DNA from: a virus
Lineage: Duplodnaviria > Caudoviricetes
DNA: 64,000 nt
Virus record (IMG/VR): IMGVR_UViG_3300025450_001231
Direction: 5' to 3' (one strand)
The position numbers were made by a program, and so were the translations under genes. This document shows, piece by piece, positions 20,039-30,723 of this stretch. Within the stretch, counting starts at the first letter, position 1; every line of letters begins with the position of its first letter. The notes under the pieces are model-generated. The model worked only from the letters and a program-made list of their open reading frames with translations, had not been told where the DNA came from and made no database searches.

Positions 20039-21904
20039 ATGTCAAGTGATCTGTCTAACCAATATCTTAAACCTATACTCAGAGGCGAAGCAACTCACCC
20101 GTATGCTCACGCCACAAAACTATTTGTAGAAGATAATTATAGGTTAGCTCCCAAGCCAGCTCATCTTTATTATGTCTATTTTGATGTTAATCCAGGCGCA
20201 CTGTCATTGGTTAGTAGTGCACCCCAACAATACATCGAAGCAGGTATGTTGGCCAAACGTGTTGAACTTCCTAAATTCAATACAAATACAAAAACATTGA
20301 ATGCGTATAATAGAAAAAATATTATACAAACACATATCACATACGATCCTATTACTATTCAATTCCACGACGATGCAGCAGATGTTGTATTAAGTTTTTG
20401 GAATGACTATTATTCTTATTATTACAGAGACAGTGATTATACTCCTGAATCTTATACTTCACCTAGCAAATATCAACCTAGAGCAAATCAAGACTGGGGA
20501 TTTACTCCACGCTCTCAAAGTGTAGCACCATTCTTGAATAGTATTAAAATATACAGTATGCATAATAAAGAATTTACTGAATATATTTTAATTAATCCTT
20601 CGATAACAGCTTGGCGCCACGGCGAGCACAACAGCAGTGAAGGCGGTGGGTTGATGGAACACTCAATGACTATCGCTTTTGAAACTGTGCAGTATAGAGG
20701 TGGAGTAGTAGATTTAGAAAATGAACCAATTGGTTTAGGCTTGCATTATGATAATTATCTAAGTCCGATCAGCAGTGGGAATGAACCAGTAAACACATAT
20801 AGACGAGATTTTAGCAGCCCCGACAGTTACTATAATGTAAATTATGGCGCACCTCTGAATATACCGAGCCTAAGTGCAGTCAATGCTAGTATTAACAATT
20901 TGACTAATCGTTTGGTTGGTGGACTAGTAGGCGGTGTAGTAAATGGCATCAACGGTGGCAGTTTTTATCCTACTATGGGCGGAGTTCCTGGATACGGCGG
21001 AATCAGCAGTACTAATCAATTGTACGCCGGACTAGGTGTTGCAGGTCTTCCCAATCCGTATGCATTGAAAAATGTAGGCAAAAGCATTACTGCTACTATC
21101 GAAAATGCCGCAGTAGGAACAGTTGCCGGAGCCGCAACTGCAGCAATATTCAGTGCAGCTAACACATTTGATCAAGGTGTTAATACTTTACTAACTGGTA
21201 GCCCTGCCAATCCGGCTAGTAGTGGGATATACAATGTCAATCCAACAAATGGGTTAATTTCAATTGGGCCCGACGGTCAGCCAGTGGCCGGACAATCAAT
21301 GTATCTCACTCAAGGTAGTCAAAACGGATTGCCTTACGGAGGTATACAACAAACTAGTACAAGCAGTAGTGGCCAAGTTCAAAATGGTTTGTATATGACA
21401 AAGAATGGCTATTTACAAACACCTGGTTCAGGAATCGGCGCACAATTAACCAATACAATATCTGGTGCAGTTGGTGCAGTTGCCGGATTAGAAGCAGGTG
21501 CTTATGTTACGCAATCACTTAATTCTAGTGCATTAGGTAAAACAGTTGTAGGAAGAATTGTTAGTGGAGCAGTAGGAGTTGCAGTAACTAACAGTATCAG
21601 CAAAGCAGTGAATAACGGACTACAGTCATTGACCAATGGTGTAACTGGTTCAGTAAGTCAGGTGTGGAATTCTGCTACTGGTTCGATTAATAATGTTAAC
21701 AGCGATACTCCGCAGTCTCCGGCTCCTGTACAGGATCTCAGTACATATGGTGCAAGCTCTACTAATCCCGGAGTCAATCAAGCCAGTGTAACAAATCCAG
21801 ATCAATTTGGAACTTCTAGTGTAAGCATTCAACAAGGTAGTCCGTTATCTGGCGGAGATTTATTAAATGCTGGCAGTGAATCCGCCCCTCCTTTTGATGA
21901 CTAA
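20039..21904 (+). CDS. tail-tube-fold baseplate protein (tube initiator-like) with Gly/Ser-rich C-terminal region
   Basis: VELPKF...YNRK...YDPITIQFHDD resembles the gp19 fold; low-complexity tail. Confidence 0.55.
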   Translation: MSSDLSNQYLKPILRGEATHPYAHATKLFVEDNYRLAPKPAHLYYVYFDVNPGALSLVSSAPQQYIEAGMLAKRVELPKFNTNTKTLNAYNRKNIIQTHITYDPITIQFHDDAADVVLSFWNDYYSYYYRDSDYTPESYTSPSKYQPRANQDWGFTPRSQSVAPFLNSIKIYSMHNKEFTEYILINPSITAWRHGEHNSSEGGGLMEHSMTIAFETVQYRGGVVDLENEPIGLGLHYDNYLSPISSGNEPVNTYRRDFSSPDSYYNVNYGAPLNIPSLSAVNASINNLTNRLVGGLVGGVVNGINGGSFYPTMGGVPGYGGISSTNQLYAGLGVAGLPNPYALKNVGKSITATIENAAVGTVAGAATAAIFSAANTFDQGVNTLLTGSPANPASSGIYNVNPTNGLISIGPDGQPVAGQSMYLTQGSQNGLPYGGIQQTSTSSSGQVQNGLYMTKNGYLQTPGSGIGAQLTNTISGAVGAVAGLEAGAYVTQSLNSSALGKTVVGRIVSGAVGVAVTNSISKAVNNGLQSLTNGVTGSVSQVWNSATGSINNVNSDTPQSPAPVQDLSTYGASSTNPGVNQASVTNPDQFGTSSVSIQQGSPLSGGDLLNAGSESAPPFDD

Positions 21905-21912
21905 TAAAAATT

Positions 21913-22302
21913 ATGAGTAATCGAGTAACCCTAGTACCTCCCAGCAATATTGTTAGTACCAGTAACGGTTCTGCAGATGCTACTACAAAATATTTTAATA
22001 ACTATTTTACACCCAATTATAGTATTAGCAGTAATGCGAATAATGCTATAGTCAGTTTTTTTGAAACAATGACAGGCAGTACAGCTAGCGCGGTATTGTT
22101 AGCGCAAGCATTGATTAATAGTGCTAATGCACAAAGAGAAAATCCATTGGTATTATTGGACAGTTTTAAGAAAATGTCTCCTAGTGAGCTTACACCGTTA
22201 TTGACACTATATTTGAATTCGACAAGAGTACCCACTAGTTTATTGGGTATTAAAAATCCACAAACACCCAGTCAATTGATTGCTAGAAAAATCTTAGTAT
22301 AA
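21913..22302 (+). CDS. hypothetical virion protein
   Basis: 129 aa ORF in the structural operon. Confidence 0.6.
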   Translation: MSNRVTLVPPSNIVSTSNGSADATTKYFNNYFTPNYSISSNANNAIVSFFETMTGSTASAVLLAQALINSANAQRENPLVLLDSFKKMSPSELTPLLTLYLNSTRVPTSLLGIKNPQTPSQLIARKILV

Positions 22303-22730
22303 TGGCCAAGTATAGTCAAGGAAAATATCAAATACAAAACCCAGCAAAGTATATAGGCAAAAGTATGCCTACTTACCGTAGCAGTTGGGAGTTTGCTTTT
22401 ATGCAGTTTTGCGACAATAACCCAGCAGTTACACAATGGGCAAGTGAAGCGATTCGCATCAATTATAAAAATCCGTTTACAAACAAAAACACAATCTATG
22501 TACCAGACTTTTTAATTGTGTATATTGATAAAAATGGCAAGCAACACGGCGAAGTTATTGAAGTAAAACCCAGTACAGAAACCACTATGGAAGCGGCCCG
22601 TAGCGTAAGAGATAAGGCAATGGTGGCACTTAATATGTATAAATGGGAAGCTGCAAGAAAGTTTTGTGCAGCACAGGGATTGACATTCCGTGTAGTCAAC
22701 GAAAAAGACATTTTCCACGGCTCAAAATAA
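22302..22730 (+). CDS. head completion nuclease (T4 gp4-like, TnsA-type)
   Basis: NPAKYIG, YRSSWE, WASE, YVPDF, IEVKP. Confidence 0.9.
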   Translation: MAKYSQGKYQIQNPAKYIGKSMPTYRSSWEFAFMQFCDNNPAVTQWASEAIRINYKNPFTNKNTIYVPDFLIVYIDKNGKQHGEVIEVKPSTETTMEAARSVRDKAMVALNMYKWEAARKFCAAQGLTFRVVNEKDIFHGSK

Positions 22731-22746
22731 TAACGGTAAATACCGT

Positions 22747-23238
22747 ATGACCAAAAAACTTCAAGAACTTTTTAATCTGCCAGAACCTGTATCCGAGAAT
22801 ACAACTGCTGAAACTGCCGATGCTGCACTAGAAGAACATCGTGCAATATTTGCTGAAATTGACTCAACCATAGATAAAATTGACGAAGCATTGCCTGGAG
22901 TACGGGGGTTAGATGCTAGTGATCAAGAAATGGATGAACTTGCTACTATGGCCAAAGATAAATTCAATGATCTAATGGACCTTGGTATGAATATGGAAGC
23001 TAGATTTAGCGGAACTGTGTTCCAAACAGCAGGTGTATTATTGGGACACGCTATAACTGCTAAACAAGCTAAACTAGACAAGAAATTACGTATGGTTGAT
23101 CTACAACTTAAAAAAATGAGATTAGATCATCAGATTAAACAAGATAAAGGTACCCCAGATGCTGCAATCGAGGGTCAAGGAACAGTATTAGACCGTAATA
23201 GTCTACTAGCAGAAATACTGAACAAACCCAAGCAATAA
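22747..23238 (+). CDS. probable terminase small subunit
   Basis: Helical, acidic; ends DRNSLLAEIL; lies in the packaging region. Confidence 0.45.
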   Translation: MTKKLQELFNLPEPVSENTTAETADAALEEHRAIFAEIDSTIDKIDEALPGVRGLDASDQEMDELATMAKDKFNDLMDLGMNMEARFSGTVFQTAGVLLGHAITAKQAKLDKKLRMVDLQLKKMRLDHQIKQDKGTPDAAIEGQGTVLDRNSLLAEILNKPKQ

Positions 23239-23277
23239 TTTCCAAAACCTGCTAAATATCTAATAATAGGACAAATT

Positions 23278-23895
23278 ATGAAATCATTTCTCTCATATCT
23301 TACTGAAAGTACAAGAACTTATGATTTTAGAATTAGAATAGCTTGCGAGATGTCAGATGACATTATGGGCAAGTTAAAAACAATTCTAGAAATGTATAAG
23401 TTAGAAAGCATCAGTAAACCACGCAGACTACCAATCCAAGAAACTCCTGAGTTTCCTAATATGGGACCAGTGGAAGTTAATGTTATTGACATCGTATTAG
23501 GATATCCCACCAACGATGAAAAGATTCGTAGTTTGATTGCAGAGTGCGGATGTGTACCTGCTGCCTGTGTAAGAGTAACCCCGACAAATAGTCCGTATGA
23601 ATTGGTACGTGACGGTAAAGAAATCAGTAATCTTCACGGCAAACCTGGCGAAAGCGTGCTAATGCAAGCTGAGATGGTTGCAGAGAAAAAAGACGAAGAA
23701 TTAGTCGGCGACGCTCGAATCCCCAGCATCATGAAAGAATTACAAGATACACGAAAATACAAGTATCCAGATGCTGCAGGAGGCGAGCCTGCTGATGCTA
23801 AAACCAGTAACAGTTACCCACAAGGCCAAACTAGTCCAGTTGGCACACATAAAAATTCAATCCCTTCGGACGCCAAATTGAAAGCAGGAAAATAA
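23278..23895 (+). CDS. virion protein with capsid-targeting-like N-terminus
   Basis: MKSFLSYLTES resembles the T4 internal-protein signal MKTYQEFIAE; late motif upstream. Confidence 0.55.
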   Translation: MKSFLSYLTESTRTYDFRIRIACEMSDDIMGKLKTILEMYKLESISKPRRLPIQETPEFPNMGPVEVNVIDIVLGYPTNDEKIRSLIAECGCVPAACVRVTPTNSPYELVRDGKEISNLHGKPGESVLMQAEMVAEKKDEELVGDARIPSIMKELQDTRKYKYPDAAGGEPADAKTSNSYPQGQTSPVGTHKNSIPSDAKLKAGK

Positions 23896-23897
23896 TC

Positions 23898-26348
23898 ATG
23901 AGCAACAATAATTTATACGACATTCTAAACAACTTCAACAAAGTAGCTGTTACTGAAAACAAAAAGCCTGCGGCGACCACAGAAGCAAAACCTAAGACTA
24001 AACTTGAAGAAAGTATTCAGCAGGTTATTAGCGAAAAATATATGGGATTTAAGGCAGTTGAAAAAGCTGCTAAAGCAGGCGGAGCAGAAAATCCTGCTGC
24101 AGTTGCTGCCAGCATTGGTCGCAAAAAATACGGTAAGAAAAAATTTCAAGCCGCTGCCGCTAAAGGTAAGAAGTTAGGCGAAGGATGGGATCCATCACAA
24201 GAAGTAAAACAGTCTGCTATACAATATATGAAAAGTACTGGAATACGCAACATAAATGATTTGGATGCAGAAGCTATTCAATATATTGGTGATGAAAATC
24301 AAATTAATTATGCTGAGGTTTGTAAAATTCTTGGTTGTGACTTACCAAAAGAATTAGGTCCAGTTAAATCCTATGACCGTCACGGTGATATGGAAGAAGA
24401 CTATGCAAGCATGGGAATCGGGATGGCCGAAGAAAATGACGAATATGATGATAGCGATATGGTCAAAAACGAATTGCATACTATAATTCGTGCCGCAGAA
24501 GAACTTGAGCAACATATCACTGACGGAAAAGAAATACCAGCTTGGGTACAATCTAAAATTGCACAGGCCAAGGGTATGGTTGATAGTGCCAGTGAATATA
24601 TGATTAGCGATCAAGAACGCAATCATGAAGAAGAGTCTGGGGAAGAAAATTTCCACCCAGAGATAGCAGAAGGCTGTCATGCTTGTGAAATGGGCGAGTG
24701 CGAAACACACGGTGTTATGTCTGCAGTAAATGAAAAAGCAGTTAGTAAAGCTCAACAAAAGTTTATGGGTATGGTACACGCTGCACAAAAAGGCGAAAAA
24801 GCTGCTAGTCCAGAAGTTGCCAAAGTTGCAAAAGGCATGACTAAGAAAGCTGCCACAGATTATGCTAGTACAAAGCACAAAGGATTGCCTGCACACGTAG
24901 GCGAAAATGCTTTTGATTATAAAAATACTCCTCGTCAAACATCAGACGATGATACCAAGACACATCATACTAAGAAACACATTAGTACAGGCACCGTTTA
25001 TACTAAGAAGTTTGATAGTCATGGACACAGTATGGGCACCGCTGATACTGTAGACACAGTTAAAAAAGGACGTGGTCGTCCTAAGAAAAGCCAATTTGAA
25101 AATACAAGTCATAAAACTATCAACAAGATGGTCAACGGTATTTTCGAAAGCATTGACAGTTCAATGTATGTAGAAACTGCTCCAGATCAGTTGTCATATG
25201 AGCAAAGCCATTTGAAAGATCATTTAGGCAGTCACTTGTATAAGAAATTAAATTCAGCAATGAAAACAGGCGATGGATTCCCTGATGATTTGTATGATAA
25301 TTTGTTTACATATTTCCAAGACGAAATGCCCTACGGTATAGCTAAAGCTCGTACCGGCGATCCATACGAGTGGATTGAAAATAAATTAACTGAAATATTC
25401 CCTGAATTGCAAGAAAATCTTTTGCAAGGTATTGGTAATAAATTAGCTACAGGTGCAAAAGCAGTTGCTGGTGGAATCAACAAAGTAATTGGCCATCCTG
25501 ATGACCAAGCAATGTTGAAAGATTTGGAAAAGAAAACTCATCCACAAACTCCAGCACCCGCACAAAAAGATTCGCAAGACATCGAAGAAATGATTCGTCT
25601 TGCTGGTTTAAGCGAGTCTAAAAAAGTTAAAGAAGCTGATATGGAAGAAGGCAATGCATTCGGCAAAGCAGAGCAAGATGCAGTAAAAGCTGGTAAAGAT
25701 GAATTTGAAGTTGGCGGAAAAACTTACAAAGTTAAAGAAGACAAAACATCCAAGCCTGACTTTTTAGATATTGATAAAGATGGCGATAAAGAAGAGTCAT
25801 TCAAAAAAGCTGTTAAAGATAAAGAAAAAGTAAAAGAAGAATTTGCTGCTGAATGTGGTGAAATGAGCCCAATGAGTGGACAATCCGAGCAACAGGGAAA
25901 AATGAATATCAGTACTAATATGAGTACAGACGGCAATAAGAGTATTACTATTACTGCTGACGGGGATACTGCAGTCGAATTAATGCAAATGCTTAAACTA
26001 GCAGGTGTAGGCGGTGGGCAACAACCAACTGCCGAAGTTAAGCCAATTGAAGTAGTTGTTGGCTCTACTAACGGTGCAGAAGTTGCAGCAGAAGAAGAAA
26101 TGGCTGAAGCTAAAGACGGCCGTTACGAAGCTAATACAACTCCTGATGTACACGTTATGGATGTACAAACGTTAACCAAAGGCGGTAACGGTGAAATTGC
26201 TGGTAAAGAAAAACAAATGACCAAACACGGTTACAAGTTTGGTGACAACCCGATGGCTATGAAAGACATTGAGGAAGGTATCGACAAATTAGATACAATG
26301 GGCTTACGCTTAATGAAAGAATACGAAAGTATTAAAATTAAAAAATGA
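23898..26348 (+). CDS. large charged internal-head polyprotein-like protein
   Basis: Mosaic of modules (AVSKAQQKFMG, KKGRGRPKK, DIDKDGDKEES) separated by many hydrophobic-X-E sites. Confidence 0.55.
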   Translation: MSNNNLYDILNNFNKVAVTENKKPAATTEAKPKTKLEESIQQVISEKYMGFKAVEKAAKAGGAENPAAVAASIGRKKYGKKKFQAAAAKGKKLGEGWDPSQEVKQSAIQYMKSTGIRNINDLDAEAIQYIGDENQINYAEVCKILGCDLPKELGPVKSYDRHGDMEEDYASMGIGMAEENDEYDDSDMVKNELHTIIRAAEELEQHITDGKEIPAWVQSKIAQAKGMVDSASEYMISDQERNHEEESGEENFHPEIAEGCHACEMGECETHGVMSAVNEKAVSKAQQKFMGMVHAAQKGEKAASPEVAKVAKGMTKKAATDYASTKHKGLPAHVGENAFDYKNTPRQTSDDDTKTHHTKKHISTGTVYTKKFDSHGHSMGTADTVDTVKKGRGRPKKSQFENTSHKTINKMVNGIFESIDSSMYVETAPDQLSYEQSHLKDHLGSHLYKKLNSAMKTGDGFPDDLYDNLFTYFQDEMPYGIAKARTGDPYEWIENKLTEIFPELQENLLQGIGNKLATGAKAVAGGINKVIGHPDDQAMLKDLEKKTHPQTPAPAQKDSQDIEEMIRLAGLSESKKVKEADMEEGNAFGKAEQDAVKAGKDEFEVGGKTYKVKEDKTSKPDFLDIDKDGDKEESFKKAVKDKEKVKEEFAAECGEMSPMSGQSEQQGKMNISTNMSTDGNKSITITADGDTAVELMQMLKLAGVGGGQQPTAEVKPIEVVVGSTNGAEVAAEEEMAEAKDGRYEANTTPDVHVMDVQTLTKGGNGEIAGKEKQMTKHGYKFGDNPMAMKDIEEGIDKLDTMGLRLMKEYESIKIKK

Positions 26349-26755
26349 AAATAACCGAAATCATTAGCGAAGCTAAAGACATACCGGCCGATCCTAAAAA
26401 ATTAGACGGCGCTCAAGTTGCCAGTCTTAAGGGCGCAGTTAGTATTCCTGATATTAGCAATAACAAATCAAATGGTAGTGCTTACTTGCAATACAGATTT
26501 GGTATTGCATTAGGCGGTGCTGGAGCAGGTAGCACGCCAAGTGAGCATACTGATCCAGCTGGAGCATTTAGCGGTGATCCAGTAATGTTGACTTATACTG
26601 ATGAAGAAGGCGAAATGATTAATAACGCTGCCAAAATGGTCGGGGTTGGCCATGTAATACCATTGGGTAGTCGCAAAAGTCTAGAACGTGACGATGTACA
26701 TAAAGTTAGCCCAATGACACCACGTGGGCCTATTAAACCAAAACGCAGAAAATAA
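26345..26755 (+). CDS. hypothetical virion protein (MKITEIISE N-terminus)
   Basis: 136 aa ORF coupled by ATGA overlap. Confidence 0.6.
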   Translation: MKITEIISEAKDIPADPKKLDGAQVASLKGAVSIPDISNNKSNGSAYLQYRFGIALGGAGAGSTPSEHTDPAGAFSGDPVMLTYTDEEGEMINNAAKMVGVGHVIPLGSRKSLERDDVHKVSPMTPRGPIKPKRRK

Positions 26756-27043
26756 ATGCAACAATATAAATTCCGCAGCAATGATTTTGTACCTGAAGGT
26801 GAAACAGGTATAGACGATGCAGTATTGGATGTCAATGATCCAATCAACGAAATGCGGGTATTAGCTGGGTTGGGCAATCAACCACAGTGGACAGAGTACA
26901 AAGGTCAACCTGGCAGTAATATCAGTGCTACTGCTACTGCCAAAGCTGAACTAATGAAAGAAAACAACATCAAGCCTGGAACACCTGAATGGTTCCAGCT
27001 TTGGTTTTCTAGACCGTACTTGACGGGCGAACCGCCGGTTTAG
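26756..27043 (+). CDS. hypothetical protein
   Basis: 95 aa ORF; IKPGTPEWFQLWF motif. Confidence 0.6.
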   Translation: MQQYKFRSNDFVPEGETGIDDAVLDVNDPINEMRVLAGLGNQPQWTEYKGQPGSNISATATAKAELMKENNIKPGTPEWFQLWFSRPYLTGEPPV

Positions 27044-27557
27044 GATCAATTCCCAAATAACGATACCAACTTTCGTGCTGAACGTGCACTGGTCTTTCTT
27101 TCCAACGATTTAACAATTGAAAATGTGATGGGTGATAGGGTTCACGCAAAGGCTTAATACGTTTGTGTCCTTTTTCGCTATTACAACTTTTGCAGGCTGC
27201 AACAGTATTCTCCCAAGTAGTGCGTCCGCCGTCACAACGTGGAATCACGTGATCAATAGTCAGCTCTTTGTAATCAAATGTATCTGCACAGTATTGACAC
27301 TGAAACATATCTCTCAAAAACAAATTGCCTCTACTAAATTTAGCAGACTTTTTGAATTTGAAATATTCTTTACTAACAACTACTGCAGGCACATTCATTG
27401 AAAAATGCTCACTGCGTATTAGCCAATCATCGTACTCTTCAAGTACAGTTACTTTATCTAAAAAATATAATTTTATACAATGTTGCCACCCGATAACACT
27501 GAGAGGTAAGACAGAAACTGGGTTCCAGTCACTGTTTAATAATAGTACGTCAGACAA
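27009..27557 (-). CDS. HNH endonuclease
   Basis: CQYC, LTIDHVIPR, GGRTTWENTVAACKSCNSEKG. Confidence 0.9.
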   Translation of the reverse strand: MSDVLLLNSDWNPVSVLPLSVIGWQHCIKLYFLDKVTVLEEYDDWLIRSEHFSMNVPAVVVSKEYFKFKKSAKFSRGNLFLRDMFQCQYCADTFDYKELTIDHVIPRCDGGRTTWENTVAACKSCNSEKGHKRIKPLREPYHPSHFQLLNRWKERPVHVQHESWYRYLGIDPKPAVRPSSTV

Positions 27558-27627
27558 TTTGAAATCTCATTAGTTGTAGTTATAAATACACATATATGTA
27601 TACCTATTATACAGTATTTAACGAACG

Positions 27628-29193
27628 ATGTCAAAGCCTACCGAAAATGCTCTTGTTAAGAAACCCAATACCCGGGAAACTTATACTGAGCAAGAAATAA
27701 GAGAAATTGCAAAGTGTGCAGATCCAGTCACTGGACCGCATCACTTTTTGAACAATTACTTTTACATTCAGCATCCTACCAAAGGACGAATGAAATATCA
27801 GCCTTTTGAGTATCAAGAACGATTGGTGGACACTTATCACAACTATAGATACAGTATCAATTTGATGCCACGACAAACTGGTAAATCAACAACTGCGGCC
27901 GGTTACTTGTTATGGTATGCGATGTTTGTGCCCGACAGTACCATTTTGGTAGCTGCACACAAATACACAGGTTCACAAGAGATTATGCAACGTATTCGTT
28001 ATGCGTATGAAAGTGTACCAGATTTTATTCGTGCTGGTGTTACCAGTTACAACAAAGGTAGTATAGACTTTGACACAGGATCCCGCATAGTCAGTGCCAC
28101 AACAACAGAAAATACCGGTCGTGGTATGTCTATATCCTTATTGTACTGTGATGAGTTTGCGTTCGTTCGACCTACTATTGCTAGTGAATTTTGGACTTCA
28201 ATTTCGCCAACATTGGCGACTGGCGGTAAGTGTATTATTACAAGTACCCCAAACAGTGATGAAGATCAGTTTGCACAAATTTGGCGTCAGGCCAATAAAC
28301 GCATAGACGAGTACGGTAACGAAACAGAATTAGGTGTTAATGGATTCAAAGCATTCCGTAGCTATTGGCAAGAGCATCCAGACCGTGATGAAACTTGGGC
28401 TGCAGAAATGTTGGCACAGTTAGGTGAAGATCGTTTCCGCCGTGAAATGAACTGCGAATTTATTATTTTCGACGAAACACTTATTAGTCCAACAGTATTG
28501 GTTGAGATGTCAGGTATAGATCCTATACAAAAACAAGGACAAGTACGTTGGTACTCTAAACCACAACCCGGAAAAACTTACTTGGTTGGATTAGATCCCA
28601 GTTTAGGCACAGGCGGCGACCCTGCTGCTATACAGATACTGGAATTGCCTAGTATGCATCAAGTTGGTGAATGGCAACACAACCGTACGCCTATACCGCA
28701 ACAGGTAAAGATACTGACCGAAATAACTCGTTATATAAGTGAAGCAATTGACTCTAACAATGATGTTTACTATAGTGTAGAAAATAACACAATCGGCGAA
28801 GCAGCATTAATTGCTATCGCCGAAGCAGGAGAAGAAAATATTCGTGGTATCTTTTTAAGCGAACCCAATCGTGCCGGGACTGGCAGACGATATCGCAAGG
28901 GATTTAATACTACTGCCAATAGTAAATTATCAGCTTGTGCTAAACTAAAGAGTCTAGTAGAAACAAAACGTCTGCGTATAGCCAGTAAAGCTTTGGTATC
29001 AGAGTTAAAGACCTTTGTAGCATCGGGTAATAGTTATAAAGCAAAAATAGGCGAAACAGACGATCTAGTAATGGCCATGATACTAGTGGTTCGTATGGCT
29101 ATGTTCTTGCGTGAATTTGACGCAGATTTGGATAGTAAACTCAATGATTCAGTGGATGATGTAATTATGCCTATGCCCTTTATCATGATGTAA
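27628..29193 (+). CDS. terminase large subunit (T4 gp17-like)
   Basis: PRQTGKST Walker A, LLYCDEFAFV Walker B, ITSTPN, GLDPSLG, TDDLVMA. Confidence 0.95.
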   Translation: MSKPTENALVKKPNTRETYTEQEIREIAKCADPVTGPHHFLNNYFYIQHPTKGRMKYQPFEYQERLVDTYHNYRYSINLMPRQTGKSTTAAGYLLWYAMFVPDSTILVAAHKYTGSQEIMQRIRYAYESVPDFIRAGVTSYNKGSIDFDTGSRIVSATTTENTGRGMSISLLYCDEFAFVRPTIASEFWTSISPTLATGGKCIITSTPNSDEDQFAQIWRQANKRIDEYGNETELGVNGFKAFRSYWQEHPDRDETWAAEMLAQLGEDRFRREMNCEFIIFDETLISPTVLVEMSGIDPIQKQGQVRWYSKPQPGKTYLVGLDPSLGTGGDPAAIQILELPSMHQVGEWQHNRTPIPQQVKILTEITRYISEAIDSNNDVYYSVENNTIGEAALIAIAEAGEENIRGIFLSEPNRAGTGRRYRKGFNTTANSKLSACAKLKSLVETKRLRIASKALVSELKTFVASGNSYKAKIGETDDLVMAMILVVRMAMFLREFDADLDSKLNDSVDDVIMPMPFIMM

Positions 29194-29210
29194 TCGATAA
29201 ATACTTAACT

Positions 29211-30590
29211 ATGATAGAAATTGATAAAATTGCTGAAAACTTATTTGACAAAATAAGAACTCGTTTCCCCGCTATTAGAATTGGTGACGAAAACGCTAAA
29301 AGTACTCGCGATCCTAGCAAAGCTCGTTTCTTTAACTTTGACTTTACAATAGATGGCGAATCATTCGGTAATATTACTATCAGTTTAGTTGATTCACAAA
29401 ATCTTAAGATCTACTTTGACAAAGAAATAGATCAGAAAATGCCCGACGAAGTTAAAAATCAATGGTATGCTTTCTTGAAGAACATTAGATTCTTTGCTAA
29501 ATCAAATTTGTTGAGTTTTGATGTACGTGACATTGCTAAACCCAGATTAGGTATCGACGACTTAAAACACGCAAATAAAAATGCTGATGTTATTGACAAA
29601 GACGATATCGAAATTAACGAAAGCAAAATGTACGGTACAAGTCGTAGCAGTTACCAGAAAATGGAAAGTGTACGAATTATCGCTCGCCACAGTAAACAAG
29701 TGGACGAAGAACAACGAGGTGCAAGAAGCAGAAATATAAATGCCATCTACATCGAGAACCAATTGGGCGAGCGATTCAGATTGCCTGAAGGAACTACCTT
29801 ACCTACTGCAAGAGTATATGCTCGTCATATTAAAAATGGCGGACAACTAAACGATGATTTTGGACAACACATTGGCAAGATCATCAAAGAAATGGCAGAC
29901 TTAAAATTGTTTGTGCGTAATATGCGTGGCCGCGTATTTGAAGATGCAGAAACAAATGGTATGGTTCAGGCCGCGATAGATCATTACGGCAGCTTACACA
30001 GTGACTTGTTTAGTTTGCGTGGCCAAAAAGGCTACGAACAATATCGTGCACTTTGGCAACCAGAATTAAACGAAGACGAAGAATTTGATTTAGATGAATT
30101 AAAGGAACGTTTTGTTAAACGTGTATTTGATGATCGTATGATGGATGCATTGCCAGTTGTTCATCGTGCTTACAATAAACAAAAGAATTTGATTGGCGAA
30201 GAATTTGAATCTTGGGCCAACGAAATGACCAGCGATATCGACGGTGACGAAGATGAAGACCCGTTTGCTAATAGCTTAGATGGTAATGCCATTGACGATG
30301 ATGATGAAAATGATGCAATCAGTGAGTTGTTGCAAAATAATCAATTTGAGTTTAGCTTTATGGACGGTACTTATTGGTTCGAAAGCGGGGAAGAATTGGA
30401 GCGTGCCAAAGATATTATGGCTGCCGAAGATCCGCACATGAAATGGCCAAGTATGGGTGTGCAAGATCCTACCAAAGGTACAGAAGCTGTTTATGGTTCC
30501 AGTACATTTGATCGCGAATCCGGATCACACGGTGTTATGGAAACCACAGATGAACTCAGCTTGTTCAAAAGTCTTGCTGGTATAAAATAA
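29211..30590 (+). CDS. conserved jumbo-phage hypothetical (probable virion protein)
   Basis: 459 aa ORF after terminase, late motif upstream. Confidence 0.6.
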   Translation: MIEIDKIAENLFDKIRTRFPAIRIGDENAKSTRDPSKARFFNFDFTIDGESFGNITISLVDSQNLKIYFDKEIDQKMPDEVKNQWYAFLKNIRFFAKSNLLSFDVRDIAKPRLGIDDLKHANKNADVIDKDDIEINESKMYGTSRSSYQKMESVRIIARHSKQVDEEQRGARSRNINAIYIENQLGERFRLPEGTTLPTARVYARHIKNGGQLNDDFGQHIGKIIKEMADLKLFVRNMRGRVFEDAETNGMVQAAIDHYGSLHSDLFSLRGQKGYEQYRALWQPELNEDEEFDLDELKERFVKRVFDDRMMDALPVVHRAYNKQKNLIGEEFESWANEMTSDIDGDEDEDPFANSLDGNAIDDDDENDAISELLQNNQFEFSFMDGTYWFESGEELERAKDIMAAEDPHMKWPSMGVQDPTKGTEAVYGSSTFDRESGSHGVMETTDELSLFKSLAGIK

Positions 30591-30607
30591 ATTAAACTAA
30601 TTCAACC

Positions 30608-30633
30608 AAAGGACAGAAATTCTGTCCTTTTTT
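30608..30633 (+). terminator. intrinsic terminator
   Basis: AAAGGACAG-AAATT-CTGTCCTTT plus T run. Confidence 0.8.
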
Positions 30634-30723
30634 GTTGACTGCATAAATAAATGTGTTATACTATTCAAATGCGTAGTATATCTAAGCAAAAACAAAGACC
30701 ATCTTAAATTATAGGAGAACATT

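Noticed and set aside
20700-21904. Gly/Ser/Asn-rich tract as a repeat element or tape measure protein
   Set aside because: No discrete nucleotide repeat unit and too short for a jumbo-phage tape measure; treated as a low-complexity extension
22302-22730. Tn7 TnsA transposase call
   Set aside because: Same fold as T4 gp4 head-completion nuclease; structural gene context and no transposon partners
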